From Bacillota bacterium (GTDB taxonomy: Bacteria > Bacillota > Ch66 > Ch109), in assembly GCA_050952625.1 (NCBI GenBank), contig JBMNLH010000005.1, forward strand, positions 1-64,000: a stretch of 64,000 nt of DNA. Reading direction: 5' to 3'. The translations under genes were made by a program, and so were the position numbers. Below are positions 1 through 11,836 of the stretch, in pieces; position 1 is the stretch's first letter; every line of letters starts with the position of its first letter. A model generated the notes under the pieces. The model did no database searches. It saw only the letters and a program-made list of their open reading frames with translations, and was not told where the DNA came from.

Positions 1-463
1 ACCAAATTAACCCCGAAAGCCAATTCGAACCGGGACACTGACGGGAATTCAGACGCAGGATAAGACGACAGAATTTAACACTACTTAATAATACTGACCA
101 AAGCTGATTATTTTGGATTGCAGATATAGACGATCAATGCAAAATCTTCAGCTATTCTAGTTGCTGTCAGTTAATATGTTTATTTAAATTTTTTAGCGTT
201 GCAGGAAGGATTTTCTAAGATCAGAGCGAAATATAGGATATTATGGAATTATTAAAGGGCTAACATATTAAAATACGTCTAACTCACAGTGACAGAAATC
301 ACTTATTAAATTCAGGGAGTAGTTAATTATTACCTTGAGAAGTTGAGGATTACATTGTATTTCATCGATATTGTAATAGGTTTAAAAAATTAACATTATA
401 AGAAGGGAGGTATCTATACCCGGACCAAGAGGTTCAAAAAGTATTATATTTAGGAGGAGAAAA

Positions 464-3189
464 ATGAGATTTAAAAAACTATCATGGCTCACATTAATTG
501 CATTTTTGTTTTCGGTCATAACACCATTAGCGTCAGTAACACCGGTTATGGCAGCAGATACCGCTATTGATAATGCGGTGGCTGAAATTGCTGCTGTTTA
601 TCAGTACTTAGATGAAAATGATAAAGCAGCGATTAGAACTGCAAGAGACCAACCTGCAGGGGTTAGGCGACAACTGACCCAAGGTGGGAGGGTGTTGTTG
701 GCCCGCTCTTAACTCAGCAGAGTGCAGGATAGATTATCTCAAGCCAGCAACAGATCGCAAAACCAGCAATAATTAACTTTGTAACAGGGCTGGGGGACAT
801 TTATTACTCCTCGGACCAAGCTGGTTTAGCGAATACCTTAACTAATTTTAAAAATACCAATAGAGGGATCATTCCAAACCTTATTTGGAACGGACTATCA
901 CCGTTGACGACTTGTACGACTTTTTAGTGGCCACAAAGCAGGAATTACCGTCGGTATTAGCGGCAGACACCGGCTCAGGTGAATCCGCTTGCGTTTGGCA
1001 CGGAGCAGCAACTTATAGCCGCGATGCCCGATCTGAGCATCGCCGCGATGCGTAATGTACTTAATAATGGCCAATATAGCGAGTTTTCCGGGAAACTTGC
1101 CGCCATTGGCTGGTCCGCGGGCAGCCTGGTTGACTCAGCAGCGGGCGTTGGCGGCGATCGTTGATCCAGGCAATGCGGCGGAACTAGCCCTGGCTAAGGC
1201 CGCCGTGCGTTCCCAAGCTAAAGCCTATACGGTTGAACGGTGCGCAGCACACCCCAATCGGGAGTGCCGGGATTACTTTACCCACGCCGTCAAGCCGAAG
1301 CGTACTGCAAGATAAGAATCATGGACAAGGAAGCCACCAGTTTGGTTGCATGGGCGAGTTCGAACGAGAGCGTAGTTGCGAGTCGATGATGCAAAATGAT
1401 CAACGGCAAAACCGCTCAAGCTTGAACCGCAAGGAAGCCAGGCCAAGCGATAATAACCGCTTACCGAGATTATGCGGGTGCATCGGCAGCCAACGATTGG
1501 ATCCTGCGGTTTACCGTGAATGTGAATGTAGATGCAACGACGGGAACCGGTATTCAATTGCCTTCTAGCACACAGGGAACAGTTGAAATCCCGACTGGAG
1601 CCACTGGTATTACTTTAAGTAACACTACGGCTATCGATTTTACACTGGGCGTCCAGACTGCTGTAAATAATACGGTGAATGTCGGTGGAAACAACCTAGA
1701 TCTAGGATCGTTCACAAGTGGCAACCTAACTAACGCTAATTTGACTGAACCTAAAACAATCGGCGATAAATCCGTAACAGTAAATAAGGCGGTCAAACTA
1801 GAATCAGGCGTTAACCAACAGCCGATTAGCATTATAAACAGTAATCTACCAACCGCAGAATTGCAGATTCCTGATGCAACGACGATTCTTGCGCCGGATA
1901 GTTGGGACGGGAAAATTCTACCTCCGAAAGCGGGCCAAAGCAATCCTGCTGACAGTGCTCCCTCTGGGTTCAGGATCGGAGGAACGGTAATCGAAGTGGG
2001 TGCGCCGAACGCGGTACTTCTTTTCGATCAACCAGTAACCATCTTTCTAAAAGGGGTCACTGGGAATATGGCCTACCGGCCAGCGGATTCTTCGCAATGG
2101 GTGAAAATTAACCAAGCTGGTGGTACCTATGACAACCCGACCCCACCACCGGCCTTTGGCGAAGCTTACATCTCCAACGGAGTTGATACCAAGATTATCA
2201 CTTGGCACTTAACTGCTTTTGCCGTGTTGACACCAATTAGCAGCGGCGGTGGCGGTGGCGGTGGTGGATCCACTTTCACCGGGACAACCGTTACCACCAG
2301 TGGGGGAACAGTAACTGGCAGTGGAGCAGCCATTGAAATTCCTGCTAACGCGATGAACAGCAGTTTCAAGGTTAAGATTGAAAAAGTTAGCAATACATCC
2401 AGTCTGCCTATGGCGGAAAATCTGGTTAGCGATGTCCTGGAAATTACTAAAGATAAAAGCGGCAACTTTGATAAGCCGGTCACTATCACGGTACCCTATG
2501 ACAAGAACAAAGTTGATTTAAGCAAGCAAAAAATCAGCCTCTACTGGCTTGATGGCCAGATTTGGAGAGAATTGGATAACATTCAGATTGATGAGGTTAA
2601 TGGCAAGATCAGCGGTGAGGTAAACCACTTTACCAAATTTGCTGTGTTGGCGACCGATATCGACAAAGCAGCCTTTACGGATATTGCTGGACATTGGGCC
2701 GCAGCAAATATCGAAGCTCTAGTTAATGCCGGCGTCATTACCGGCTACCCGGATGGCACCTTCAAGCCCAATAACACCATAACCCGGGCTGAATTTGCCA
2801 CCGCTGTAGTCAAAGCCTTTAACTTAGAACTTAAGAGCGGTAAAGTGTTTAACGACACCGCTAATCATTGGGCCGAGGACTTCATTGCCACCGCGGCAGC
2901 CAACGGTTTAATAAGCGGTTACAATGACACCACTTTTGGTCCGAATGATCTGATTACTCGGGAGCAAATGGCGGTGCTGATCGTGAACGCAACCGGACTT
3001 ACAGAAGTCAGCAGTGCCAAAACCTTCGCTGATGGAGCAAGTATTTCCGATTGGGCTAAAGACGGCGTAGCTATTGCCAGCGGTAATGACCTGATTACCG
3101 GCTACCCGGACAACACCTTTAAACCGAAAGGTAATGCCACTAGGGCAGAAGCGGTTACTATCCTGATCAACGCCCTAACACTTGAGTAG
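464..3189 (+). CDS. S-layer homology (SLH) domain cell-surface protein, split by several frameshifts (464-712, ~720-1520, 1516-3189)
   Basis: SD AGGAGGAG then a Sec signal peptide (MRFKK...VMAA). An Ig-like WASSNESV motif lies near 1355, followed by a poly-Gly linker and three C-terminal SLH repeats (FTDIAGHWA..GYPDGTFKPN..ITRAE). The upstream fragments join by 1-nt shifts. Confidence 0.8.
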
Positions 3190-3280
3190 ATTAGGATTGT
3201 GTATCTTACTTAAAAGGTAGGATAAAAGAAGCCCTGTATGTATGGAGTTAGTCACTGTCAGTGATACGTTACCTGATAAA

Positions 3281-3320
3281 GGACTCCCCCAGGGTTGGGT
3301 AAACCCCGTGGGAGTTTTTT
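3281..3320 (+). terminator. Probable intrinsic terminator after SLH gene 1
   Basis: ACTCCC..GGGTT/AACCC..GGGAGT hairpin followed by a T run. Confidence 0.6.
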
Positions 3321-3515
3321 ACAATGTGTTTCAAAACTAGCTTTAGAATAAGTGCAAAAATTATAGATTAAGCGGAAAATGGTAAGCGGTATTAGTTCAG
3401 CTTGGTTGAACATTGAGGTTCAGATGGGGACGCTACTCTATCTGAAGTTTAACAAGGCAACCCACACTAAATAGAAGCGAGAGTCTTTTGAATCAGATAA
3501 AAGGGTGGTAAATAA

Positions 3516-5148
3516 ATGGGATACGGCCAATTACGAAAATCAATAAATAAAGGGATAGCCCTTGCATTGACTTTGGTCATGCTCTGTGGAGGCATGCTTT
3601 TCGGAGTGAACGTCGAGGTTCCAATGGCTGGAGCAGCTAGCTTGACTTCTAGCTATGAAATCTTAAAAAACCAATATTCGGGTTTTATTGATAGACTAAA
3701 AAACCCGGGGGGAGACGTATCCGGGGCGACCGATGCGGAAATAGAAGCATTTTTAGCTGATTTGGATGCCGAGGTTAAAAAGCGAGGTACTCTCACTGAA
3801 GCTAACTTTAACACAATCATGTTCGAAACTTTAGAGGATGTAATAACCTGGAGACAGCACCGAAATATGTTCCAAGCGTTGCTCGAATCTTTCGGCGAAG
3901 AGATCGCCTATACATTGGCGTACGGTCGCTTACATTCCAGCCTTATTCCCCTACGCAACGCGGTCAAAGACAGCGTCTTAGGCACCGGCAATAACTCCGG
4001 TGGCGGGGGCGGAGGCGGCGGCGGTGGTGGAGCGGTCAATCCAGCCTAACCCTTCACACGACCGCCCCGACCCAACAGCAACCGAGATTGAGCAACAGTT
4101 AGCTGCTGGCAAAGATGTCGTTCAACTCAGTGCGGATCAAAACGAGGACTCAGTCACCATTTCCGGTGATTCTCTTAAGGAAATTAATGCTGCCGGTAAA
4201 GGGCTGGAAATCGCAATTAGCGGCGTAACCTTCCAACTGCCGTCAGCCGCCTTAGATTTACCTGATGATCAGACCTTTACCCTCGGTGCCCGTCAACTCA
4301 GTCAGACAGAAGCCAAAAACGCAGTCTTGCAACTCTCCGCCGGTAACAAATTGATTGGTCCGGTCTATGAGTTTAGCGCGACCACCGAAGGCAGTTTAAC
4401 CGGCGTTCAGTTTAAGAAACCAGTTACGGTTGTCTTGTCTTATGCCGATCTTAATCTCACTAGCGAAGAAGTGGATACCCTTGATGTCGGCTATTACAAC
4501 GAAACCCAAAAAAGATGGGAACGGCAAAATGGCCAAGTTGATCGGGCAAAAAAGACGATCAGCTTTACCATCAACCACTGCAGCCAGTACGCCATTATCT
4601 CAGTCAATGAAACCAACGAAACCAATGAGCAGCAATTAACTGACCTTACCGGACACTGGGCTGCCGCCAACATTAATAAACTGGTGGCCAAGGGAGCCAT
4701 CCAAGGCTATCCAGACGGTCAGTTTAAGCCGAACAATCAAATCACCCGAGCTGAATTTGCCACGGTGGTGGTCAAAGCCTACCAACTCCCGGCGAAAAGT
4801 GGCAAGGTCTTTGACGATACTGCGAATCACTGGGCCAAGGAATATATTGCTACCGCGGCGGCAGCCGGCCTGGTCAATGGTTACGACTCGACCAAGTTTG
4901 GCCCGAATGATCCAGTCACCCGAGAACAGATGGCTGTCATGATCGTCAAGGCCAACCAACTTAAACCGACTTCCGCCAGCTATACATTTGCTGACGGGGC
5001 CGATATCGCCGACTGGGCAAAAGACGCAGTGATGACCGCCAGTGAAAATAACCTAATCACCGGCTACCCGGACAACACCTTTAAACCTAAAGGCCAGGCC
5101 ACCAGAGCCGAGGCCGTCACCCTAATCGTGAAAGCCTTGAAACTGTAA
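3516..5148 (+). CDS. Second SLH domain protein, one frameshift near 4045 (ORFs 3516-4049 + 4000-5148)
   Basis: Signal peptide, poly-Gly linker, three C-terminal SLH repeats; the C-terminal half is paralogous to SLH gene 1. Confidence 0.8.
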
Positions 5149-5180
5149 GCCATAATCAAAGGTATCTTATGAACGCAAAG

Positions 5181-5240
5181 TCCTCCATCCGCCCGGTTTT
5201 GCGGAATCATGCCGCTGCCAGGTGGTGGAGGCCTTTTTTA
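5181..5240 (+). terminator. Probable intrinsic terminator after SLH gene 2
   Basis: CCTCCATC...GGTGGAGG stem followed by CCTTTTTT. A second inverted repeat, ATAATCAGAA/TTCTGATTAT, lies at ~5244-5274. Confidence 0.5.
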
Positions 5241-5344
5241 GCATAATCAGAAGTATAAGCGGACTTTCTGATTATAAGAATAAAACCAATCCAACAATTT
5301 CCTACGGGATTTCTTGCCTTTAGAGGTTTGAAATACAAAATAAC

Positions 5345-5374
5345 CTGTCACCTTTGTAAAAAATATGATATAAT
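5345..5374 (+). promoter_or_regulatory. Candidate sigmaA promoter of the polysaccharide locus
   Basis: CTGTCA-N18-TATAAT with extended -10 (TGnTATAAT). Confidence 0.35.
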
Positions 5375-5762
5375 TTTGTCATCATAATTCCAAGTGAGGG
5401 ATTTTGCGGTTGCCGTGCATATTTTTGATCTAACTTCCTAATATTTCGACTCTTTCGTGTACTCTGTAACGCATAAGCAAACTATTATCTAGACACATCG
5501 TCTAACAATTACAGAACCATTCACATAAAAATGATTTGACAAGTACCTTAGCGACCAAGACATAAAACACCTAGCCAGCAGTTAGGCATAAACACTCTAA
5601 TAACTATAGAAATGTCCATTACATAATCAAACAATCTGCCAATTACATAACGATTCAATTTAACAATTATACTACAACACAATCTAGTATTGGGTTGAAT
5701 ATCGAGTTTAGTATTGAGTAAACAAGGAGATTTATCGATCACCTAATCACACAACAAAGTAG

Positions 5763-6386
5763 GTGGGTACAACGTCTAGAAAAAAAAGAACTGCGCCCAC
5801 GTCGCTGCAACGCAAACTGATTATCGGACTAGGCGTATATCTTGGATTAATGTTTATCGCAAGCCTTTGGTTTGTTTCGCAGAAGTCAGGGTTAAATCCA
5901 CAAAATTCGCAGGCTTCCATAGATAATCAGGGTCAGTTGGATCTATCTTTTCTCGATCAGCTAATCACAGAGATGGCTCAGTTGCAGGATGAAGACAACG
6001 CAAATAACCAAAGCGGGGCAGGCTCTTATCCCCCGATCCTGGATTACCAGCCCGGATACGGTGATTTACCGGTTAGCCCGTATGACCCAACCGGGTCAAA
6101 TCCGCCACAGTCAGACGGAACCGGCCAGCAACCCAATTCGCCAAATTCGGTAATTAGCGCGGATCGGCTCAGTGAATTGCAAGACGAAGTAACTGTTGCC
6201 GACCGCATGCGGGCTCTGAATATCGTCCGAAAAAAACTGAGCGCCGAAGATATCCGTCAACTAATTAGTTGGACAAGTGGGGGAATAACCTCTGACGAAA
6301 AGGAAGAGATAGCCAAACTATTACGCTCCCGTCTCTCGCCGGAAGAAATCAGTGAGGTAAAAGCTCTATATAACAAATATCAATAA
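5763..6386 (+). CDS. Membrane-anchored hypothetical protein
   Basis: 207-aa ORF with a basic N-terminus, one TM helix, a low-complexity linker and a helical C-terminal domain. Confidence 0.7.
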   Translation: MGTTSRKKRTAPTSLQRKLIIGLGVYLGLMFIASLWFVSQKSGLNPQNSQASIDNQGQLDLSFLDQLITEMAQLQDEDNANNQSGAGSYPPILDYQPGYGDLPVSPYDPTGSNPPQSDGTGQQPNSPNSVISADRLSELQDEVTVADRMRALNIVRKKLSAEDIRQLISWTSGGITSDEKEEIAKLLRSRLSPEEISEVKALYNKYQ

Positions 6387-6551
6387 AAATATCAAGCGCC
6401 AATTAATGTATTAACCAGCCCATGAACCGCTAGGTACAACTACTGATGCAAATAGTTTGTATTTTTGTCATGCTGAACGCACTGAAGAATCTTACGAATT
6501 AATTCTCTTACAAACCGCAAAAATTACAGCCACTGATTTGGAGGATATAAG

Positions 6552-7964
6552 TTGAAACAGCCAACACAAGGTCAAATACGGGAGGAAAACGTCAGGCTCG
6601 AGGGGCATTATGACGAGGAAGACGTCATTGATCTCCGGGAGTATCTAACGATTGTTAAAAAATGGCGTTGGGTCATTGCGCTACTCACCCTCTGCGCTGT
6701 CGTCACCAGCGGTATTATTAGTTATTTTGTCCTGACGCCGATCTACCAGACCAAATCTGTCTTAATGGTCACCCAGCCGGGAACCAGCCTGGAGCGTCGG
6801 ACAACGACCAATCAGACTGACCTGGAATCAGTGGTTAGTACCATGTCATCGATTCCCCAGCTAACCATGAATACCTACGTGGCCCAGGTAAAAAACAACA
6901 CCCTGATGGAACAGACCATTAACGCCTTAGGAGATAAAGGCCAGGGCTTAACCGCCGGGGCCTTGCTTAACATGATCGATGTTCAGGCAGTTAAAGACAC
7001 GAACCTGCTCGAGATGACAGTTTCCCATCCGAACCCGCAGTTAGCGGCGGATATTGCTAACACCCTGCAGCAGCAATTTATCAATTTTATCTCCGAAAAC
7101 AGCCAGGAACAGATGAAAAAGTCAGTGGAATTTCTGCAGGGCCAGATTAGTGTGGAAGAGCAAAAATTGGCCGAGGCCAGTTCTGAACTGCAGCGTCTGG
7201 AGGCGGAACCGCGAAACCTGAACTTTCTGCAAAAAGAGATTGAAAGTAAATATACGGACCTCAGTAAGTATCAGTCCCTGGCTAATCAGGCTCGATATGA
7301 CTTTCAGCAGACCCTGGCGGGAAGGAATCGCTTAATCGAACAGCTAGAGAATGTCCCCCCCACGATCGTGGTGGATAGGGAAGCGGGCAAAGAAGAAATA
7401 AACCCGGCCTATGTCTCTTTGAATGACGCCCTGATCCATAAAGAGACCGATCTGGCGGAAAAGGCCGCCCAACTGGACGCGGCGGAGGAAATTATCAGGA
7501 TCTTGAGTGGGGAAATCCGCGCCTTGCAGGCTGAGGCTTCGGAAAAGAAATTGGCCATGGATCGCTTGACCGAAACTCTGGAGCAGGCGAAAAAGACCTA
7601 TAATCTGCTCGACGAAAAAAGGACTCAGACCCAGATCATTCAGGCGGTTAATTTAGGGGAAACCAGTTTGCTCCCGGTCTCGCCGGCCCCGGTTCCGACG
7701 AGTCCGGTTAAACCCAATAAGCAGCTAAATATGGCCATCGCCGGGATCCTGGGCCTAATGCTTTCGATTTTATTGGCTTTCCTTCTGGAATTCCTGGATA
7801 ACACCATTAAGGACGCTGAAGATGTCCAGAAGGTTTTTGATCTGCCGGTCCTGGGCAACATCCCGATCTTAGACTTATCTGAGACACAAGGCAAAGAGAA
7901 ATACGGACAAGGGAAAAATAGTTCGAGAGAGGAGTACAACAGTTGGACGAACGTGACAGGTTAA
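6552..7964 (+). CDS. Polysaccharide co-polymerase / chain-length determinant (Wzz/GumC/CpsC family)
   Basis: IDLREYL..KKWRW N-terminus, two TM helices, coiled coil, PTSPVKPNK motif. Confidence 0.9.
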   Translation: MKQPTQGQIREENVRLEGHYDEEDVIDLREYLTIVKKWRWVIALLTLCAVVTSGIISYFVLTPIYQTKSVLMVTQPGTSLERRTTTNQTDLESVVSTMSSIPQLTMNTYVAQVKNNTLMEQTINALGDKGQGLTAGALLNMIDVQAVKDTNLLEMTVSHPNPQLAADIANTLQQQFINFISENSQEQMKKSVEFLQGQISVEEQKLAEASSELQRLEAEPRNLNFLQKEIESKYTDLSKYQSLANQARYDFQQTLAGRNRLIEQLENVPPTIVVDREAGKEEINPAYVSLNDALIHKETDLAEKAAQLDAAEEIIRILSGEIRALQAEASEKKLAMDRLTETLEQAKKTYNLLDEKRTQTQIIQAVNLGETSLLPVSPAPVPTSPVKPNKQLNMAIAGILGLMLSILLAFLLEFLDNTIKDAEDVQKVFDLPVLGNIPILDLSETQGKEKYGQGKNSSREEYNSWTNVTG

Positions 7965-8728
7965 GGCTGGTTACCCACTACAACCCGAAATCACCGGTAG
8001 CGGAGGCTTACCGCATCCTGCGGACTAACCTTAACTTTGCCGGCCTTGATCGACCTTTTAAAACCTTGTTGATCACCAGCGCGGGCCCTTCCGATGGTAA
8101 AAGTACGACCCTGGGTAATCTGGGAATCGCCATGGCCCAGGCCGGGGTAGCTACTTTGATTATTGATTGTGACCTGCGGAAACCAATGCAGCACAAGATT
8201 TTTAATCAACATAATTTAAAGGGGTTTACCAATCTCCTGGTTGACCGGAGCGTGACCGGCGAGGAGCTAATCCGGGATACCGAAATACCCCGGTTAAAGC
8301 TGTTAACCTCTGGTCCGATACCACCGAATCCCTCGGAACTCCTGGCCTCTAAACGCACTTTCCAGGTGATCGAAGAACTGCAGGAGAAGTTTCAATTGAT
8401 TCTGATCGACTCGCCCCCGGTCGTCGCGGTCGCTGATGCGGCTATTCTCGCGGCCAAGGTGGATGGCGTGATCGTGGTGATTCGCTCCCACGTCACCCGA
8501 CTGGACCTGGCCACCCAGGCGAAAAGCCTGTTAGACAAAGCCAATGCCAATATCTTAGGGGTGGTCTTGAACGAGGTCCCCATGAGCGGCGACGATTATT
8601 ATTACTACTATTATTATGGCCACGGCAACACCAAAAAGAAGGGCGTCCTGGCTATGCTGGAGCGGTCACTTGGCTCGCCTTTTCAGCGGTGGCGGCAGAA
8701 ACGAGCCAGCGGTTTCGACGAGGACTAG
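7943..8728 (+). CDS. cpsD: BY-kinase (CpsD/CapB family tyrosine-protein kinase)
   Basis: EAYRILRTN, Walker A GPSDGKST, IIDCDLRKP, IDSPP, C-terminal YYYYYYY cluster. Confidence 0.95.
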   Translation: MDERDRLRLVTHYNPKSPVAEAYRILRTNLNFAGLDRPFKTLLITSAGPSDGKSTTLGNLGIAMAQAGVATLIIDCDLRKPMQHKIFNQHNLKGFTNLLVDRSVTGEELIRDTEIPRLKLLTSGPIPPNPSELLASKRTFQVIEELQEKFQLILIDSPPVVAVADAAILAAKVDGVIVVIRSHVTRLDLATQAKSLLDKANANILGVVLNEVPMSGDDYYYYYYYGHGNTKKKGVLAMLERSLGSPFQRWRQKRASGFDED

Positions 8729-8784
8729 GAACCATTCTTGTCATTCTGAACAAAGTGAAGGATCTTTCCTTATAAGGTGAGAAA

Positions 8785-9636
8785 ATGTTTGATTTACATA
8801 CACATATCCTGCCTCAGATCGATGATGGAGCAGCTTCCTGGGCCGAAGCCTATCAAATGCTGGAGATTGCGGCTAAAGATGGGATAAATGTCTTGGCGGC
8901 TACGCCTCATTTTTTGGAGGGCTGGTTTACGCCGACCCCGGCGGAAATCAAAGCTGGGGTAGAACGTTTAAACCAATATGCCCAGCGGCAAAGTCTGCCG
9001 ATCCGGGTGATCCCCGGGATGGAGGTTGCCTTGTGCCCGGACATCCCCCGTTTGTTTCAAGCCAACAGGCTGCTTACCCTGAATGATGAAGGCCAATACC
9101 TCCTGGTAGAACTGCCGGCGAATGAAGTACCGATCTATACTGAATCCTTACTATTTGAGCTGCAGCTGATGGGGATTACGCCGGTCCTGGCGCATCCGGA
9201 AAGAAACCGGGTTATCGCAAATAACCCGGCTTGGGTGTTAGACCAAGTCAAGCGGGGAGTGCTGGTCCAGCTGACGGCTGATAGCCTCCTGGGACGTTTT
9301 GGGAAAAATACCCGGCAAATATCGCAAGAGCTTTTACGGGCGGGAGTCGTACATGGACTGGGATCAGATGCCCACTCCAGCCAGCACCGGACCCCGACCC
9401 TCAAAGCAGCCACAGCCAAAATAACCGAGCTGCTTGGCCAAGAAGCCGGTCACCGGTTGGCTACAGCTGATAATATAAAGAGCAATATGGCGTTAGCAGA
9501 TATAGAAGGGTTTTTCAACAATACCTGTCATGCTCAGGCATTTCCTGATGAAGTTCTGTCTTATTCTCCGGCATTGTGTCGCCGGTTACTGAATGCCGGC
9601 CAGAAATGGGTTAAACAAGTAATGGGGTTTAAGTGA
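8785..9636 (+). CDS. cpsB: PHP-family tyrosine phosphatase (CpsB/CapC/YwqE)
   Basis: DLHTHILPQIDDGA, ATPH, AHPERN, GSDAH motifs. Confidence 0.95.
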   Translation: MFDLHTHILPQIDDGAASWAEAYQMLEIAAKDGINVLAATPHFLEGWFTPTPAEIKAGVERLNQYAQRQSLPIRVIPGMEVALCPDIPRLFQANRLLTLNDEGQYLLVELPANEVPIYTESLLFELQLMGITPVLAHPERNRVIANNPAWVLDQVKRGVLVQLTADSLLGRFGKNTRQISQELLRAGVVHGLGSDAHSSQHRTPTLKAATAKITELLGQEAGHRLATADNIKSNMALADIEGFFNNTCHAQAFPDEVLSYSPALCRRLLNAGQKWVKQVMGFK

Positions 9637-9670
9637 ACTCAGCAGTCGGTGCCGGATAACCGCATAGAGT

Positions 9671-9752
9671 ACTTAAGGGCAAACCCTTCGAAAGATGGGG
9701 ACGCAAAGCCACGGGCCTAAGGAGTTGTCTATGGTCGCCGGGTTGCCTTAGG
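9671..9752 (+). ncRNA. c-di-GMP-I (GEMM) riboswitch aptamer
   Basis: GGGCAAACCcttcGAAAgatGGGGACGCAAAGCCacgGGCCTAA...ATGGtcGCCGGGTTGCC matches the GEMM consensus (GAAA tetraloop in P2, CCTAA...ATGG receptor in P3). Confidence 0.92.
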
Positions 9753-9758
9753 GAGGAT

Positions 9759-9799
9759 GAAATCCAGGACCTAAGTAGTAAAGGGGCTTGGATTTCTTG
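9759..9799 (+). terminator. Putative riboswitch expression-platform terminator
   Basis: GAAATCCAGG...CTTGGATTTC stem directly after the aptamer, with a weak T tract. Confidence 0.5.
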
Positions 9800-9867
9800 T
9801 GTCTATTCCGAGCTAATCAGCTATCTTTATTTAAGTATCGTACTTTAAGTATCGAAGGTATCGAGGA

Positions 9868-11724
9868 GTGAGGGGAATGAGAATAGGCAGACGGGCAGTA
9901 GCTTTAATGCTGGTGGATGCAGGTCTGGTGGTCCTAGCCATTTATCTGGCCCTATGGCTCAGATTTGATGGGGTAATTGACCTCAAGTACATAGCTGCTG
10001 TTCATCGCCTATTGCCTTTGCTGATTCCGATCAATCTTTTGTGTTTTTACCGCTTTCGATTGTACAATCGGATGTGGGCGTACGCCAGTATTCGTGAACT
10101 GCTTTCGATCGTTGCCGCCACTTCGCTGGGTTCGCTGATATTGGGCATCCTTGTCATTACGATTGATTGGCATATATTGCCGCGCAGTATCCATATTATC
10201 AATTGGATCCTTTTAATTGTTATGATTGGTATCTCCAGGCTCGGCTGGCGGGTGGTTCGTCATTTCCTATGGCGGTCACATAGCAGCAAAAAGTGTCGCG
10301 CCCTGATTGTCGGGGCCGGCGATGCCGGGGCCCTGGTCGCCCGGGAGCTTTTGAATACCACGGCAATGGCGTGAACCTCGTTCCCGTCGGCTTTGTCGAT
10401 GATGACCCGGCCAAGCAGCTCCCTCTACCTGCACGGATTAAAGGTATTAGGGACCCGCGTGGACATCCCGGAATTAGTGCGAAAGCATCAAGTAGAGAAT
10501 ATTATCATCGCCATGCCCTCTGTTTCGGCAGCCACAGTGCGCGAGATCTTGGACATCTGCCGGACCACCCCGGCGAAACTGAAAATCCTCCCCGGGGTCT
10601 ACGAGATCATTGACGGCCGGGTCAATGTCAGTAAGATTCGGGATGTAGAACTGGAAGACCTGTTGCACCGAGACCCGGTCCGCTTAAACCTGGAGGAAAT
10701 CGCCCGTTACCTGAATGATAAGGTGGTCCTGGTGACCGGGGCCGGCGGCTCCATCGGCTCTGAACTCTGCCGGCAAATCTGCCGTTTTCGGCCCAGGCAG
10801 TTAATCCTCCTGGAGAATTCGGAGAATAACCTCTATGAGATAGACTTAGAGCTGGGGGACCAGCACCCGGGAATCAACCTGGTACCCTGCCTGGCCGACA
10901 TAAAGGACGCCGCGAAAATCAATCTGGTCTTTGACACGTACCGGCCTCAGGTTGTCTTTCATGCCGCAGCCCATAAGCATGTGCCAATGATGGAACACAA
11001 CCCGGATGAAGCGGTCAAAAACAATGTGATTGGTACCCGGATCGTTGCGGAAGCCGCGGACCGCTTTGGGGCGGAGACGTTTATCCTCATTTCCACTGAC
11101 AAGGCTGTCAACCCCACCAGCGTGATGGGGGCCACCAAACGGATTGCGGAAATGGTGATTCAACACGTCGGGAAGAACAGCCAGACCCGCTTTGCCGCGG
11201 TCCGCTTTGGCAATGTCCTGGGCAGCCGGGGGAGTGTGGTACCGCTGTTTAAGAAGCAGATTGCCCGCGGTGGCCCGGTTACCGTTACCCACCCGGAGAT
11301 GAAGCGTTACTTTATGACCATCCCGGAGGCGGTTCAGTTAGTGATCCAGGCCGGGGCCCTGGCCCGGGGCGGCGAGATATTTGTCCTGGATATGGGCGAA
11401 CCGGTGAAGATTGTCGATCTGGCCCGCGACCTAATCCGGCTATCCGGCTTAAGGCCGGATGAAGATATTGAGATTCGGTTCAAGGGAGTTCGCCCCGGCG
11501 AGAAGCTGTTCGAAGAGCTGCTCACCACCGAAGAAGGAACCGATGCCACGGCCCACGAACGGATCTTCATCGCCCGCGCCAACAGCATAGATTTTGATAA
11601 AGTAGAAAATATCCTGTTTAATAAACTGCAGCGCGGGATAAACCTGAGCAAAAAAGAAGTCATCGCCATGCTCAAGGAAATGGTGCCCGAGTTTCAACGC
11701 TCGGGGAGGAGTCAGATCGGGTAG
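9868..11724 (+). CDS. capD: Membrane-bound UDP-GlcNAc 4,6-dehydratase (CapD/PglF family), frameshifted around 10350-10420
   Basis: N-terminal TM helices, IVGAGDAG, TGAGGSIGSELCRQ, HAAAHKHVP, STDKAVNPTSVMGATKR, RFGNVLGSRGSV. Confidence 0.92.
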
Positions 11725-11769
11725 CTGGAAGTTTCCCCGGCTGAACAAATCCCCCTCGGCTAATTGAAA

Positions 11770-11819
11770 TTGACATTTCCATATAATAATCATACAATGG
11801 CTGTACAGGATATTGTACT
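11770..11819 (+). promoter_or_regulatory. sigmaA promoter and autorepression operator of yefM-yoeB
   Basis: TTGACA-N17-TACAAT (11770-11798), then TGTACA (11802) and TGTACT (11814) 12 bp apart, as in YefM-type operators. Confidence 0.75.
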
Positions 11820-11836
11820 TAGGGAGGTGCTTGGTG

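Noticed and set aside
201-236. sigmaH-type promoter upstream of SLH gene 1 (AGGA..GCGAAAT)
   Set aside because: The -10 element deviates from GAAT and could be chance in AT-rich DNA.
5244-5274. Invertible promoter for capsule phase variation
   Set aside because: The inverted repeat encloses only about 11 bp, and no recombinase gene is present.
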